A stretch of DNA of 64,000 bases from a virus, in IMG/VR virus record IMGVR_UViG_3300023174_000062; one strand, given 5' to 3'. The position numbers and the translations under genes are program-made. Shown piece by piece: positions 55,931 through 64,000 of the stretch (its first letter is position 1; the number at the start of each line of letters is the position of its first letter). A model generated the notes under the pieces. It was given only the letters and a program-made list of their open reading frames with translations, was not told the origin of the DNA and did not search any database.

Positions 55931-56631
55931 AAGAAAAAATTACAATAGTTGTTCCTTGTAAAAATGAAGAAAACTATATTCATCATTTATTAGATTCTTT
56001 GCGTCTACAAGAAATTGGAAATACAAGGATCATTATCGCTGATTGCTCGACCGACAATACCCGAGAAGTTATTCGAATAATGAAAGGTGAATTAAATGTT
56101 GAAATTATTGACGGCGGTTCAGTTTCATTTGCTAAGAATAGTGGTGCCAAGTTGGTTACGACACCATATATACTATTTCTTGATGCGGATGTTCGTTTCT
56201 TTAAGAATAATGCAATACGAGATGCTGTCAATACAATTGAATCAAAAAACTTGGATCTTGTAGGATTAAAAATTAAATGCTATGATGGAAATGTTAGAAC
56301 ACAAATTGGATTTACATTGTTCAACACAATCAACAGTATTATGAAATATAAAGTTCCTTTTGCTGTTGGTGCTTTCATGTTAACTAGAACAGATAAATTT
56401 AAAGAATTTGATGGGTTTTCTGAAAAATATAAAGTAAGTGAAGATTTTTTTCTATCAAAAAAATATGATCCGAAAAAATTTAAATTAATGAATCATCATT
56501 TTGGTCAAGATAGTAGAAGATTTAAAATAATGGGATACACAGGTATGACTTGGTATCTTATTAAGAATTTTTGGAATCGTAATAACGAAAAGTATTGGAA
56601 TAATATTGATTATTCGAAATATTGGAAATAA
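55912..56631 (+). CDS. family 2 glycosyltransferase
   Basis: IVVPCKNEE, ADCSTDNT, LFLDAD, GAFML, SEDF, SRRF. Confidence 0.9.
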   Translation: MSRSIVEEKITIVVPCKNEENYIHHLLDSLRLQEIGNTRIIIADCSTDNTREVIRIMKGELNVEIIDGGSVSFAKNSGAKLVTTPYILFLDADVRFFKNNAIRDAVNTIESKNLDLVGLKIKCYDGNVRTQIGFTLFNTINSIMKYKVPFAVGAFMLTRTDKFKEFDGFSEKYKVSEDFFLSKKYDPKKFKLMNHHFGQDSRRFKIMGYTGMTWYLIKNFWNRNNEKYWNNIDYSKYWK

Positions 56632-56645
56632 CTTAAGGATAAAAA

Positions 56646-56888
56646 ATGAAAGTACTTAGATTTACAGCATCATGGTGTCAGCCGTGTAAGATGTTAGCAA
56701 AAACATTAGAAGACGTTGATACTCAAATTCCAATTGAAGTTATTGACATTGATGAGAATCAACAAGTTGCAATGGACTACGGCATTCGTGGTGTTCCAAC
56801 TTTAGTGATGATAGACGGTGACGTTGAAGTCAAACGCTTCTCTGGTATGAAAATGAAAAATGAATTGACTGAATGGTTGGGGGCTTAA
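56646..56888 (+). CDS. trxA: thioredoxin
   Basis: FTASWCQPCK, IRGVPT. Confidence 0.92.
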   Translation: MKVLRFTASWCQPCKMLAKTLEDVDTQIPIEVIDIDENQQVAMDYGIRGVPTLVMIDGDVEVKRFSGMKMKNELTEWLGA

Positions 56889-57191
56889 ATGGAATTTTCA
56901 ACATTAGATGTAGTATTTTTAATTGTATTGGCAATTTATTTGTTATTCAGAGATTTGAAAAAAAGATTTCAAGTAAAAGAAAATGAAATAGATAGAGTAC
57001 TGGCTGAAGCAGAACAAGTCAAACATAAAGACATTATGATCTGTAAAAGCGAAATCGTTAATGGCCAGATTTTCGTTTATGAAAAAAGAACAAGTGCATT
57101 CATCACGCAACAGCCTGACGTTGAAAGCATGGTTAAGTTTTTTGTGAACAATTACCCAAACAAAAGAATAATATTCGGAGATAAACAATAA
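56889..57191 (+). CDS. hypothetical membrane-anchored protein
   Basis: N-terminal TM helix. Confidence 0.6.
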   Translation: MEFSTLDVVFLIVLAIYLLFRDLKKRFQVKENEIDRVLAEAEQVKHKDIMICKSEIVNGQIFVYEKRTSAFITQQPDVESMVKFFVNNYPNKRIIFGDKQ

Positions 57192-58187
57192 ATGAGTGCA
57201 ACAAAAGTAAAAAGTAATTTAATGGATGGCAGAGATGCATTCAAGCCATTTAACTATCCATGGGCATATGACTCATGGCTAAAACACGAACAGAGTCATT
57301 GGTTACATACAGAAGTGCCAATGGCTGAAGACGTTAAAGATTGGAAGAAAAAATTAACAGCAGAAGAGAAACATTTTCTCACAAACATTTTTCGCTTCTT
57401 CACACAAGGCGACATTGACGTTGCTGGTGGTTATGTAAAAAACTATCTACCATACTTTCCACAACCTGAAGTACGAATGATGTTGCTTGGCTTTGCCGCT
57501 AGAGAAGCACTACACGTGGCTGCCTATTCACACTTGATTGAAACATTGGGTCTACCAGACACAACATATAATGAATTCTTAGCATATCAAGAGATGAAAG
57601 ACAAACACGATTATGTGCTAGACATTTCAAGTAAGAATGGAAACTTGCAATCTACAGCAACACACATTGCAGTATTCTCAGCATTCACAGAAGGTATGCA
57701 GTTGTTCTCTTCATTCATTATGCTATTGAACTTTCCACGCATGGGTAAGATGAAAGGCATGGGACAGATTATTACATGGTCTATTGTTGATGAAACGCAA
57801 CATGCAGAATCTATGATTAAATTATTCAGATCATTTATTCAAGAGAATAATGAAATCTGGAATGATGAATTAAAATCTAAGATATATACTATTGCAGAAC
57901 GAATGGTTGAACTTGAAGACAAGTTTATTGACTTGGCGTTCGGTATCAATGCGATGGAAGGACTTACTTCGGAAGAAGTTAAGAAATACATTCGCTATAT
58001 TGCAGACAGGCGCCTTATCAGCCTTGGGTTGAAAGGCATATTTAAAGTTAAAAAGAATCCATTACCTTGGGTTGAAGAAATGATTAATGCTCCAACGCAT
58101 ACAAATTTCTTTGAGAACAGAGCAACCGACTACGCAAAGGGTGCGACCAAAGGTGATTGGGCAGACGTATGGGGTAAAGCGGCATGA
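57192..58187 (+). CDS. nrdB: ribonucleotide reductase class Ia beta subunit
   Basis: FFTQGD, REALH..AY (radical Tyr), FTEG, DETQH, NFFE. Confidence 0.96.
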   Translation: MSATKVKSNLMDGRDAFKPFNYPWAYDSWLKHEQSHWLHTEVPMAEDVKDWKKKLTAEEKHFLTNIFRFFTQGDIDVAGGYVKNYLPYFPQPEVRMMLLGFAAREALHVAAYSHLIETLGLPDTTYNEFLAYQEMKDKHDYVLDISSKNGNLQSTATHIAVFSAFTEGMQLFSSFIMLLNFPRMGKMKGMGQIITWSIVDETQHAESMIKLFRSFIQENNEIWNDELKSKIYTIAERMVELEDKFIDLAFGINAMEGLTSEEVKKYIRYIADRRLISLGLKGIFKVKKNPLPWVEEMINAPTHTNFFENRATDYAKGATKGDWADVWGKAA

Positions 58188-58657
58188 ACTATTTAAGATA
58201 CACATTTTGGATTACATTGATAATTGCAGGATTTGCATTCTCGGCATGGAACAATTCAGTATTCGCACAAACAGGAAAACAAAAACCGGGAGTTATCTAT
58301 GACGCTAATATTACTAGGGTTATTGATGGCGATACTGTTGCGTTTGAAGCGACATTCTTACCAGATCCACTCAAAAAAGAATTGAGTATTCGAGTCTTTG
58401 GTGTTGACACACCAGAAAAAGGATTCAGAGCGCAATGTCCACAAGAAGACTTAAGAGGACAACGTGCTACAGAATTCACAAAGAAAGCAGTTGCATCAGC
58501 AAAACACAGACAAGTTATGTTGATGGATTGGGATAAGTATGGTGGGCGTGTTTTAGGTGACGTTATCTTAGACGGAAATAGTTTAAGACAAGCATTGATC
58601 GCAAATGGTTTAGCCCGTGAATACTACGGCGAGGCTAAAACTTCTTGGTGTAACTAA
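58184..58657 (+). CDS. exported thermonuclease (SNase family)
   Basis: Signal/TM then RVIDGDT, IRVFGVDTPE, DKYGGRVLG, L..GLA. Confidence 0.9.
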   Translation: MNYLRYTFWITLIIAGFAFSAWNNSVFAQTGKQKPGVIYDANITRVIDGDTVAFEATFLPDPLKKELSIRVFGVDTPEKGFRAQCPQEDLRGQRATEFTKKAVASAKHRQVMLMDWDKYGGRVLGDVILDGNSLRQALIANGLAREYYGEAKTSWCN

Positions 58658-58957
58658 ATGAAAAAACTATTAACTATATTTTTGTTGATGGTGTCTGCTT
58701 CAACATTTGCACAACATCATCATGGTCATCATCACGGCCATGGGCTTAGACCATACAGTTGGATCGGACCTACAATCATAGGCGGTGTTATTGGATATGA
58801 AATTGCACGACAACAACCTATAATTGTTCAGCAACAGCCCGTATTTGTTCAACAGCAACCTGTTATAATTCAACAGTCACCGCAAGTGTGTACTGATTGG
58901 AAAGAAATTCAATATCCTGATGGAAGAATCTATCGTGAAAGAACTTGTACTCAATAA
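58658..58957 (+). CDS. secreted His/Gln/Pro-rich protein
   Basis: Signal peptide, HHHGHHHGH, QQP repeats. Confidence 0.7.
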   Translation: MKKLLTIFLLMVSASTFAQHHHGHHHGHGLRPYSWIGPTIIGGVIGYEIARQQPIIVQQQPVFVQQQPVIIQQSPQVCTDWKEIQYPDGRIYRERTCTQ

Positions 58958-58959
58958 TC

Positions 58960-59109
58960 ATGTGGAGACTATGGGCAAAAGCATTGGGTAGTAAGGCTAG
59001 TGCATGTGATAACGAGTCCGACAAAGTTGCAATCATCAGAACGTGTATTGTGCTTTGCTATATAATAACGAACCTGTTTATTGTAGCAGGTGTTATAAGG
59101 CATTGGTAA
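58960..59109 (+). CDS. 49-aa membrane micro-protein (not in ORF track)
   Basis: MWRLWAKALG...DKVAIIRT...FIVAGVIRHW fills the gap exactly. Confidence 0.6.
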   Translation: MWRLWAKALGSKASACDNESDKVAIIRTCIVLCYIITNLFIVAGVIRHW

Positions 59110-59112
59110 AAC

Positions 59113-59739
59113 ATGGCACACATCGTAGCAAATCTTCCGGCAGTTAAATGTTTTGTACGCAAAGAATTTCTCTATGACTTTGAAAAGGGTCATGGAGAAT
59201 TAGTTCCTTGCTGGTGGATAACAATAAAATCATTAAGAAGTCAAGCATTTCGTATAGAATCATATTTAAACGAATATGGTGCATTGTACGATAAATTACC
59301 TCTTCATGCATATTGTTGGAAACCAATTCAAGGTGAGCCATTGTCATTAGACTATTTACAGTTGTGGAATAGTTTATCGTCAGATATAACAGTCATAAGA
59401 AAATCTATGATTGCTAACATGAAATGTAAGTTTAAGTTAAAAGGCGGCGATTGGATGTATGGCGAGTATCTCTTCACCGTTGATTCTGCACATACAGATT
59501 TCAATACATTGGATTGTGGTCATAGTGAAGATATTGAAGATCACAAATCATTTAATTTTATCAAATGTGATAATGGACAGTTTGCGGCTCAACCAAATAA
59601 TAGATTAATCATATTAGAACCCGCAAGCAATCCTAAACAAATGAAGACACCAGATTTTAAAGTTGCTACAAAAAGATGGAATGTTGAATTAGACCCAAAA
59701 TGGGCACTTGGAGACACAAGTACAGTAATGTACGAATAA
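59113..59739 (+). CDS. conserved hypothetical phage protein
   Basis: VRKEFLYD, GALYDKLP, GQFAAQPNNR. Confidence 0.7.
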   Translation: MAHIVANLPAVKCFVRKEFLYDFEKGHGELVPCWWITIKSLRSQAFRIESYLNEYGALYDKLPLHAYCWKPIQGEPLSLDYLQLWNSLSSDITVIRKSMIANMKCKFKLKGGDWMYGEYLFTVDSAHTDFNTLDCGHSEDIEDHKSFNFIKCDNGQFAAQPNNRLIILEPASNPKQMKTPDFKVATKRWNVELDPKWALGDTSTVMYE

Positions 59740-59749
59740 GGAGAAAAAA

Positions 59750-59962
59750 ATGACAACATATAACGTATTTTGCGATGGCTGTGCGGCTGAATATTCAGTA
59801 ACTCCATTGATAGGCGGAGACAAAACACAACCAACAAATTGCGCTTACTGCGGTTCAACAATAACCGAAGAAGCAATATCAGAAAAAGACGAAGAGTGGG
59901 CAGATGAGGATTGGGACAAACTAATAGAACATGATGAATGGTCCTCGGAAGATGATAGATGA
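59750..59962 (+). CDS. Zn-ribbon protein with acidic tail
   Basis: CDGC...CAYCG; AAGGAG SD. Confidence 0.7.
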   Translation: MTTYNVFCDGCAAEYSVTPLIGGDKTQPTNCAYCGSTITEEAISEKDEEWADEDWDKLIEHDEWSSEDDR

Positions 59963-60543
59963 TCGTAGCAGGAGTAGATTATTCTCTAACATGCCCTGCA
60001 ATGTGTGTGTTTGATACAGGAGACAATAATGACAGGATTGGACATTTTAACTTTTCTGATTGTAATTTTTATTTTCTAACTCAATCTAGAAAATACGATG
60101 TACAATTCAAGAATATAAGAGGCAAGTTTTTCGACCATGAAGGAATGACTGACGTATTACGATACGATGGTATATCAAATTTCTTTATTGACAGACTGTT
60201 AGAGACAGACAAAGAGTGCCACGTATTCCTAGAAGGATATTCTATGGGATCAAAAGGCAGAGTATTCAACATTGCAGAGAACGCTGGCATCCTAAAATAC
60301 AGACTATGGTTGTTTGCCGTAGAATGTACTGAAGTACCACCAACAGTACTTAAGAAATATGCTACTGGTAAAGGCAATGCGAATAAAGAACGAATGCAGG
60401 AAGTCTTTGAAGAATTCAATGATATTCGTTTAAAGGAAGAACTACATATGACTGAAAAGCAATGGAATCCTTCTTCTGACTTGATTGATGCATACTGGTT
60501 GTGCAAATATGGAGTTGAAAGTTTGACAACTAAAACAAAATAG
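59959..60543 (+). CDS. RuvC-like Holliday junction resolvase
   Basis: GVDYSLT, FLEGYS, PTVLKKYATGKGNANK, DLIDAY. Confidence 0.85.
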   Translation: MIVAGVDYSLTCPAMCVFDTGDNNDRIGHFNFSDCNFYFLTQSRKYDVQFKNIRGKFFDHEGMTDVLRYDGISNFFIDRLLETDKECHVFLEGYSMGSKGRVFNIAENAGILKYRLWLFAVECTEVPPTVLKKYATGKGNANKERMQEVFEEFNDIRLKEELHMTEKQWNPSSDLIDAYWLCKYGVESLTTKTK

Positions 60544-60554
60544 AGTATACTCTA
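60523..60554 (+). promoter_or_regulatory. sigma70 promoter with palindromic -10
   Basis: TTGACA-N17-TATACT; perfect palindrome TAGAGTATACTCTA. Confidence 0.7.
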
Positions 60555-60568
60555 CATTACTATAGAAA

Positions 60569-61249
60569 GTGATAATCATGGAAGAAGAAAAAATCAGTTC
60601 GTTATTTGGTTTAGATGACGCTAAAAAACCTAGACAACCAAAAGTACTAGGACAACTATACACATTGTATTTGGTTGGAGAAATAACTACTCCAGATGAT
60701 TACGTTGAATGGTATGAAATAATTAGAAACGCAACAGAGAATGATGTTATCAAAATTCACATCAATTCTCCAGGCGGTAATTTATTTACTGCTGTACAAC
60801 TAATGCGTGTCATGGCAGAATCTCAAGCAAATATTTTAACATCAGTAGAAGGCGCATGTATGTCTGCCGCTACAATGGTATTCTTATCTGGCGATGGATT
60901 CGAAATCTCAGAACACTCTATGTTTATGTTCCACAATTACTCAGGTGGTACTATAGGCAAAGGTGGTGAGATGTACGACAACATTATGTACGAACGTAAA
61001 TGGTCTGACAGATTCATGCGTAGCGTATATGCTGGATTCTTGACAGATGATGAAATTAAGTCTATACTAGAGAATAAAGATATCTGGATGGAACCAGAAG
61101 AAGTATTCAAACGTTTGAACAAACGTGGAGAAGATATAATGAAAGAAGCCGAGGCTAAACTCAAAAAGCCTAGGGCTAAACCAGCGGCTAAAAAGACGCC
61201 AGTTAAACAAGTGAGGAAGAAATCAAATGCAAGAACAAGCAAAGAGTGA
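60569..61249 (+). CDS. ClpP-like protease
   Basis: HINSPGG, GACMSAA (Ser), FMFH (His), DIWM. Confidence 0.85.
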   Translation: MIIMEEEKISSLFGLDDAKKPRQPKVLGQLYTLYLVGEITTPDDYVEWYEIIRNATENDVIKIHINSPGGNLFTAVQLMRVMAESQANILTSVEGACMSAATMVFLSGDGFEISEHSMFMFHNYSGGTIGKGGEMYDNIMYERKWSDRFMRSVYAGFLTDDEIKSILENKDIWMEPEEVFKRLNKRGEDIMKEAEAKLKKPRAKPAAKKTPVKQVRKKSNARTSKE

Positions 61250-61952
61250 GAGTGTATTTTTAGTATCTTCTGCAATTCACGCAAAGCATGGAATCTATGA
61301 TACACAAACTAGACTTGAGCAAACAATCGAAACTTGTAAGTCTATTCGAAATAAATGCGATGCAGAAATTATCGTGTTGGATGGTGGCTATCAAGACATA
61401 ACAGAACAAGAACGAGAAACTCTATCAAAGTATATTGATAAGTTTTATAGTTTTGCAGACGCAGAAAACGTTCGACAACTTCAACAAGTACCAAATCACG
61501 ATATCGTAAAGAATATGATTGAGATTATCATATTCGGTTCGTTCTTTGATAAAGTTGATTCTGAAGGCTGGCGAGACAAATACAAACGCATCTTCAAAAT
61601 GAGTGGGCGATATACATTGAATGATAACTTCAATTACGATAAGCACATGCAGGCTAAAGATAAGGTTGTTATTCGTGGTCCATTCACAAGTCAATTCTCT
61701 AGTAGCACAACTGGTGGAGTGCGTCTTCAATACATGAGTCGCTTGTGGAGTTTTGATGCATTCTTGTTGCCATACATCAAAGACACATATCTCGACATGT
61801 TTAATCATATGTCAGAACGATTGAACAATAAAGGCTACATTGACATTGAACATTTATTGTTCCATCACATTGATGTTGGTTTGGTTGAGAACATTGGTGT
61901 GCTTGGTGTTCAAGGTAACATTGCACCTAATGGTGTGGAGGTTTCAGATTGA
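61227..61952 (+). CDS. hypothetical protein, possibly glycosyltransferase-related
   Basis: RLEQT..T..SIR, FKMSGRY, DIEH. Confidence 0.5.
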   Translation: MQEQAKSESVFLVSSAIHAKHGIYDTQTRLEQTIETCKSIRNKCDAEIIVLDGGYQDITEQERETLSKYIDKFYSFADAENVRQLQQVPNHDIVKNMIEIIIFGSFFDKVDSEGWRDKYKRIFKMSGRYTLNDNFNYDKHMQAKDKVVIRGPFTSQFSSSTTGGVRLQYMSRLWSFDAFLLPYIKDTYLDMFNHMSERLNNKGYIDIEHLLFHHIDVGLVENIGVLGVQGNIAPNGVEVSD

Positions 61953-62767
61953 ACTATAAGATATTTCAAATTTGTTTTGAGAACAGTCAAATTCCTCAAG
62001 TTGATCCGATACTAACTCCATTCGACAATACATTAAACGAACGTCCAGAGTTACGTGAGTTTCATTCTTTCAATCGTATTATCGATGAAGGCTTTGCAGA
62101 TGACTTAGATGCATGGGGTGTGTTTGGTCCACGTTGGCAAGGCAAAATGCGCTATGATGCAAAAGAGATTAAAACTGCTATCGATGAGAATCCAAACTTT
62201 GATGTGTATATTTTCAATCATGCTAGAGTACAAAATGCATTGACAATGAACGTATGGGAACAAGGCGATTACTTCCATCCAGGAATTAAACAGGTCGTTC
62301 GTTCTGCACTTACTGCTGGTGGATATTCTACTGAAGGATTAGATGTTGTCATGGCAGATTCAACTTGCTATTGCAGTTACTTTGTTGCGACAAAAGCATT
62401 TTGGTTAGAGTATATTGCATTCGTTAAAGATGTTAAAAAACATCTTGAAGAATTGACGGGAGAAGACGCAGAAATTTATCATGGTAGTGCAAACTATAGC
62501 AGAGATGCAAATCTGAATATGTTTCCATTTATTGTCGAACGATTATTCTCTACGTTTCTTCAGATGAAAGAATATAACGTGTATGCACATCCATATGACT
62601 ACAGAGTTTATGATAGTCAAATTAATGACTTCAGTAGAATCATAGAATCATTGTATGGCATCAAGTGTATGGTTGTTGAACGACAATCACATGAATTGTT
62701 TGAACATTGGAATTTGTTGAGGTTATATTTCGCAAAGACACATCCCGATTTATTTAACTTGGATTAG
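61949..62767 (+). CDS. hypothetical protein, possibly polysaccharide-related
   Basis: KIFQICF, NVWEQG..HPG, YCSYFVA, PFIVERLF. Confidence 0.55.
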   Translation: MNYKIFQICFENSQIPQVDPILTPFDNTLNERPELREFHSFNRIIDEGFADDLDAWGVFGPRWQGKMRYDAKEIKTAIDENPNFDVYIFNHARVQNALTMNVWEQGDYFHPGIKQVVRSALTAGGYSTEGLDVVMADSTCYCSYFVATKAFWLEYIAFVKDVKKHLEELTGEDAEIYHGSANYSRDANLNMFPFIVERLFSTFLQMKEYNVYAHPYDYRVYDSQINDFSRIIESLYGIKCMVVERQSHELFEHWNLLRLYFAKTHPDLFNLD

Positions 62768-62771
62768 TATT

Positions 62772-63065
62772 ATGATTATTGATTTGTTTAGACCAACTAT
62801 AGAATGGATTAAAGATGATTTTAAGTCTAACAGAATTCGCTTTGTTATTGAGTTGCTTGCTTGGGCTATTAGTATTGGCTGTAGTATTACTATGGCACTC
62901 ACGGTCCCCAACCCTCCGCTTCTTGCTCTTTATCCTGTCTGGATTACTGGCTGTGCCTTGTATGCTTGGGCTAGTTGGACTAGGAAATCTTTTGGCATGT
63001 TGGCTAACTATCTACTGTTGACAACAATAGATACCATAGGGCTATTCAGAATGCTTGCCGTTTGA
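62772..63065 (+). CDS. small three-TM membrane protein
   Basis: Three hydrophobic segments. Confidence 0.7.
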   Translation: MIIDLFRPTIEWIKDDFKSNRIRFVIELLAWAISIGCSITMALTVPNPPLLALYPVWITGCALYAWASWTRKSFGMLANYLLLTTIDTIGLFRMLAV

Positions 63066-63090
63066 CTTTCCATTGTACTTGAGTTATAAT
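63062..63090 (+). promoter_or_regulatory. sigma70-type promoter
   Basis: TTGACT-N17-TATAAT. Confidence 0.75.
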
Positions 63091-63114
63091 AAGTGTATCG
63101 CTTAAGGAGTACAT

Positions 63115-63603
63115 ATGGCAAATAAAACTTGGACTATAGAATTGGAAGAAGACCCTGAGACTGGTGACTTGATTCTTCCTTTGAATGATGAGATACTAGA
63201 GGGAACTGGTTGGCAAACTGGTGACAGTATTGAATGGATTGACAACAAAGATGGAAGTTGGACTATGAAGAAAATTGAAACACAATGGGTGCTTGTTGAA
63301 ACTGTATCCATGTTCCGTGAACGCTACATGGTAGAAGTGCCTGTTGGTGTTGACAGATATGGTAAAGACAAAGCAGATTGGGCGCTTGATACAGTTACAC
63401 TAGAAGAAGCCAAAGAGTTTTCACAAGAACATTTGGGCGAGACTATCACATCACACCGTGTCGTTACAAAAGAAGAAGCACTTGCGTTGTGTGATAAAGA
63501 CAATGCGTACTGCAAAGCGTGGACTGAAGAAATGAAAATGAAAAATTTCTTCACGACAATGGCAGAACACATTCAGGAGAATGACTACAATGACGCTACC
63601 TGA
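63115..63603 (+). CDS. protein with N-terminal AbrB/MazE-like domain
   Basis: GDLILPL...GWQTGDSIEW; AAGGAG SD. Confidence 0.65.
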   Translation: MANKTWTIELEEDPETGDLILPLNDEILEGTGWQTGDSIEWIDNKDGSWTMKKIETQWVLVETVSMFRERYMVEVPVGVDRYGKDKADWALDTVTLEEAKEFSQEHLGETITSHRVVTKEEALALCDKDNAYCKAWTEEMKMKNFFTTMAEHIQENDYNDAT

Positions 63604-63823
63604 CGAAAGATATCGTGCGTTGCGTTGCGGGCATCAAATGCTTTTAGATTTGTTGAACCCCAAAGTAACGCCAAAAGTACCAAAATACATACGTCAACGT
63701 GCCGGCAGTATTTTAAGACACTATCCAGATTCTTATCATTTCACAAAGATTGTGGAGAATTTGCCTGAAGATTTTGCCGTCAACAGTCCATTTGTGAAGG
63801 TGACGAATGAAACTGGAAACTGA
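63590..63823 (+). CDS. hypothetical protein
   Basis: MTLPDERYRA...TPKVPK.IR..A..LRHYP. Confidence 0.65.
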   Translation: MTLPDERYRALRCGHQMLLDLLNPKVTPKVPKYIRQRAGSILRHYPDSYHFTKIVENLPEDFAVNSPFVKVTNETGN

Positions 63824-63977
63824 AAATGAAATTGTGCATTTTTTGCAAGAGTTGCTACATCCAGAAGGTTTTGGTTGGTCGGTAACTGCTGAGGTTCGTA
63901 AAGAATCAAAGCGCCTTTTAATTATGATAGAAAGTGAAAGTAATGAGCAAGATTCAACAATTCGGCAGAGTCTATGA
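63807..63977 (+). CDS. 56-aa hypothetical protein (not in ORF track)
   Basis: AAGGTG SD; overlaps both neighbours. Confidence 0.5.
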   Translation: MKLETENEIVHFLQELLHPEGFGWSVTAEVRKESKRLLIMIESESNEQDSTIRQSL

Positions 63978-64000
63978 AACGTTCGATCCCAGTAATAAAA

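Noticed and set aside
31476-58187. Introns or inteins in gp43, gp41, uvsX, thyX, nrdA, nrdB
   Set aside because: All are continuous ORFs of normal or compact length with no splice-junction motifs
671-63572. Numerous minus-strand and alternate-frame ORFs in the track (e.g. 12284..13021, 29623..30096, 3233..3736)
   Set aside because: They overlap well-recognised plus-strand genes, lack SDs and motifs, and read as antisense shadows of biased codon usage
1-64000. tRNA genes, CRISPR arrays, integrase or IS elements
   Set aside because: Intergenic gaps are short; no cloverleaf, repeat-spacer periodicity or recombinase/transposase motifs were seen
1-64000. Stop-codon reassignment
   Set aside because: Core genes are full length under the standard code

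Overview
A 64-kb segment of a lytic T4-like myovirus genome. It is AT-rich and essentially all genes lie on the + strand. The host is probably an aquatic Gram-negative proteobacterium, inferred from spanins, an IbpA-type Hsp20, a ROSE-like element and an IHF site. Core genes in order: head module (gp20-gp23, gp3); uvsY/uvsW, gp55, gp47/46; cobT/cobS-like VWA-AAA pair; gp45/44/62, regA, gp43, uvsX, gp40/41; gp61, thyX, nrdA/nrdB. Regulation is readable as sigma70-type early promoters and gp55 late promoters (TATAAATA). Candidates for new biology: (i) a late-promoter module at 40.7-50.3 kb whose proteins carry T4 capsid-targeting-like N-termini and repeated gp21-type cleavage sites, with RNA-ligase-like, HIGH-nucleotidyltransferase, BECR-RNase-like and EF-hand modules, i.e. 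a putative virion-injected polyprotein toolkit; (ii) a GNAT/hydroxylase + PLP enzyme + amino-methyltransferase + 2OG-oxygenase + nuclease cluster, a candidate DNA-modification pathway; (iii) a PlcP-like phospholipase C + glycosyltransferase pair inside the nrd operon; (iv) a structured late RNA and ROSE-like thermometer upstream of a phasin-like gene and hsp20; (v) a TGTTG-N8-CAACA early operator system; (vi) apparent strong avoidance of AGCT and GCWGC. No tRNA, CRISPR array, intron, intein or integrase was seen. All protein calls are from motif recognition by eye, without database searches.
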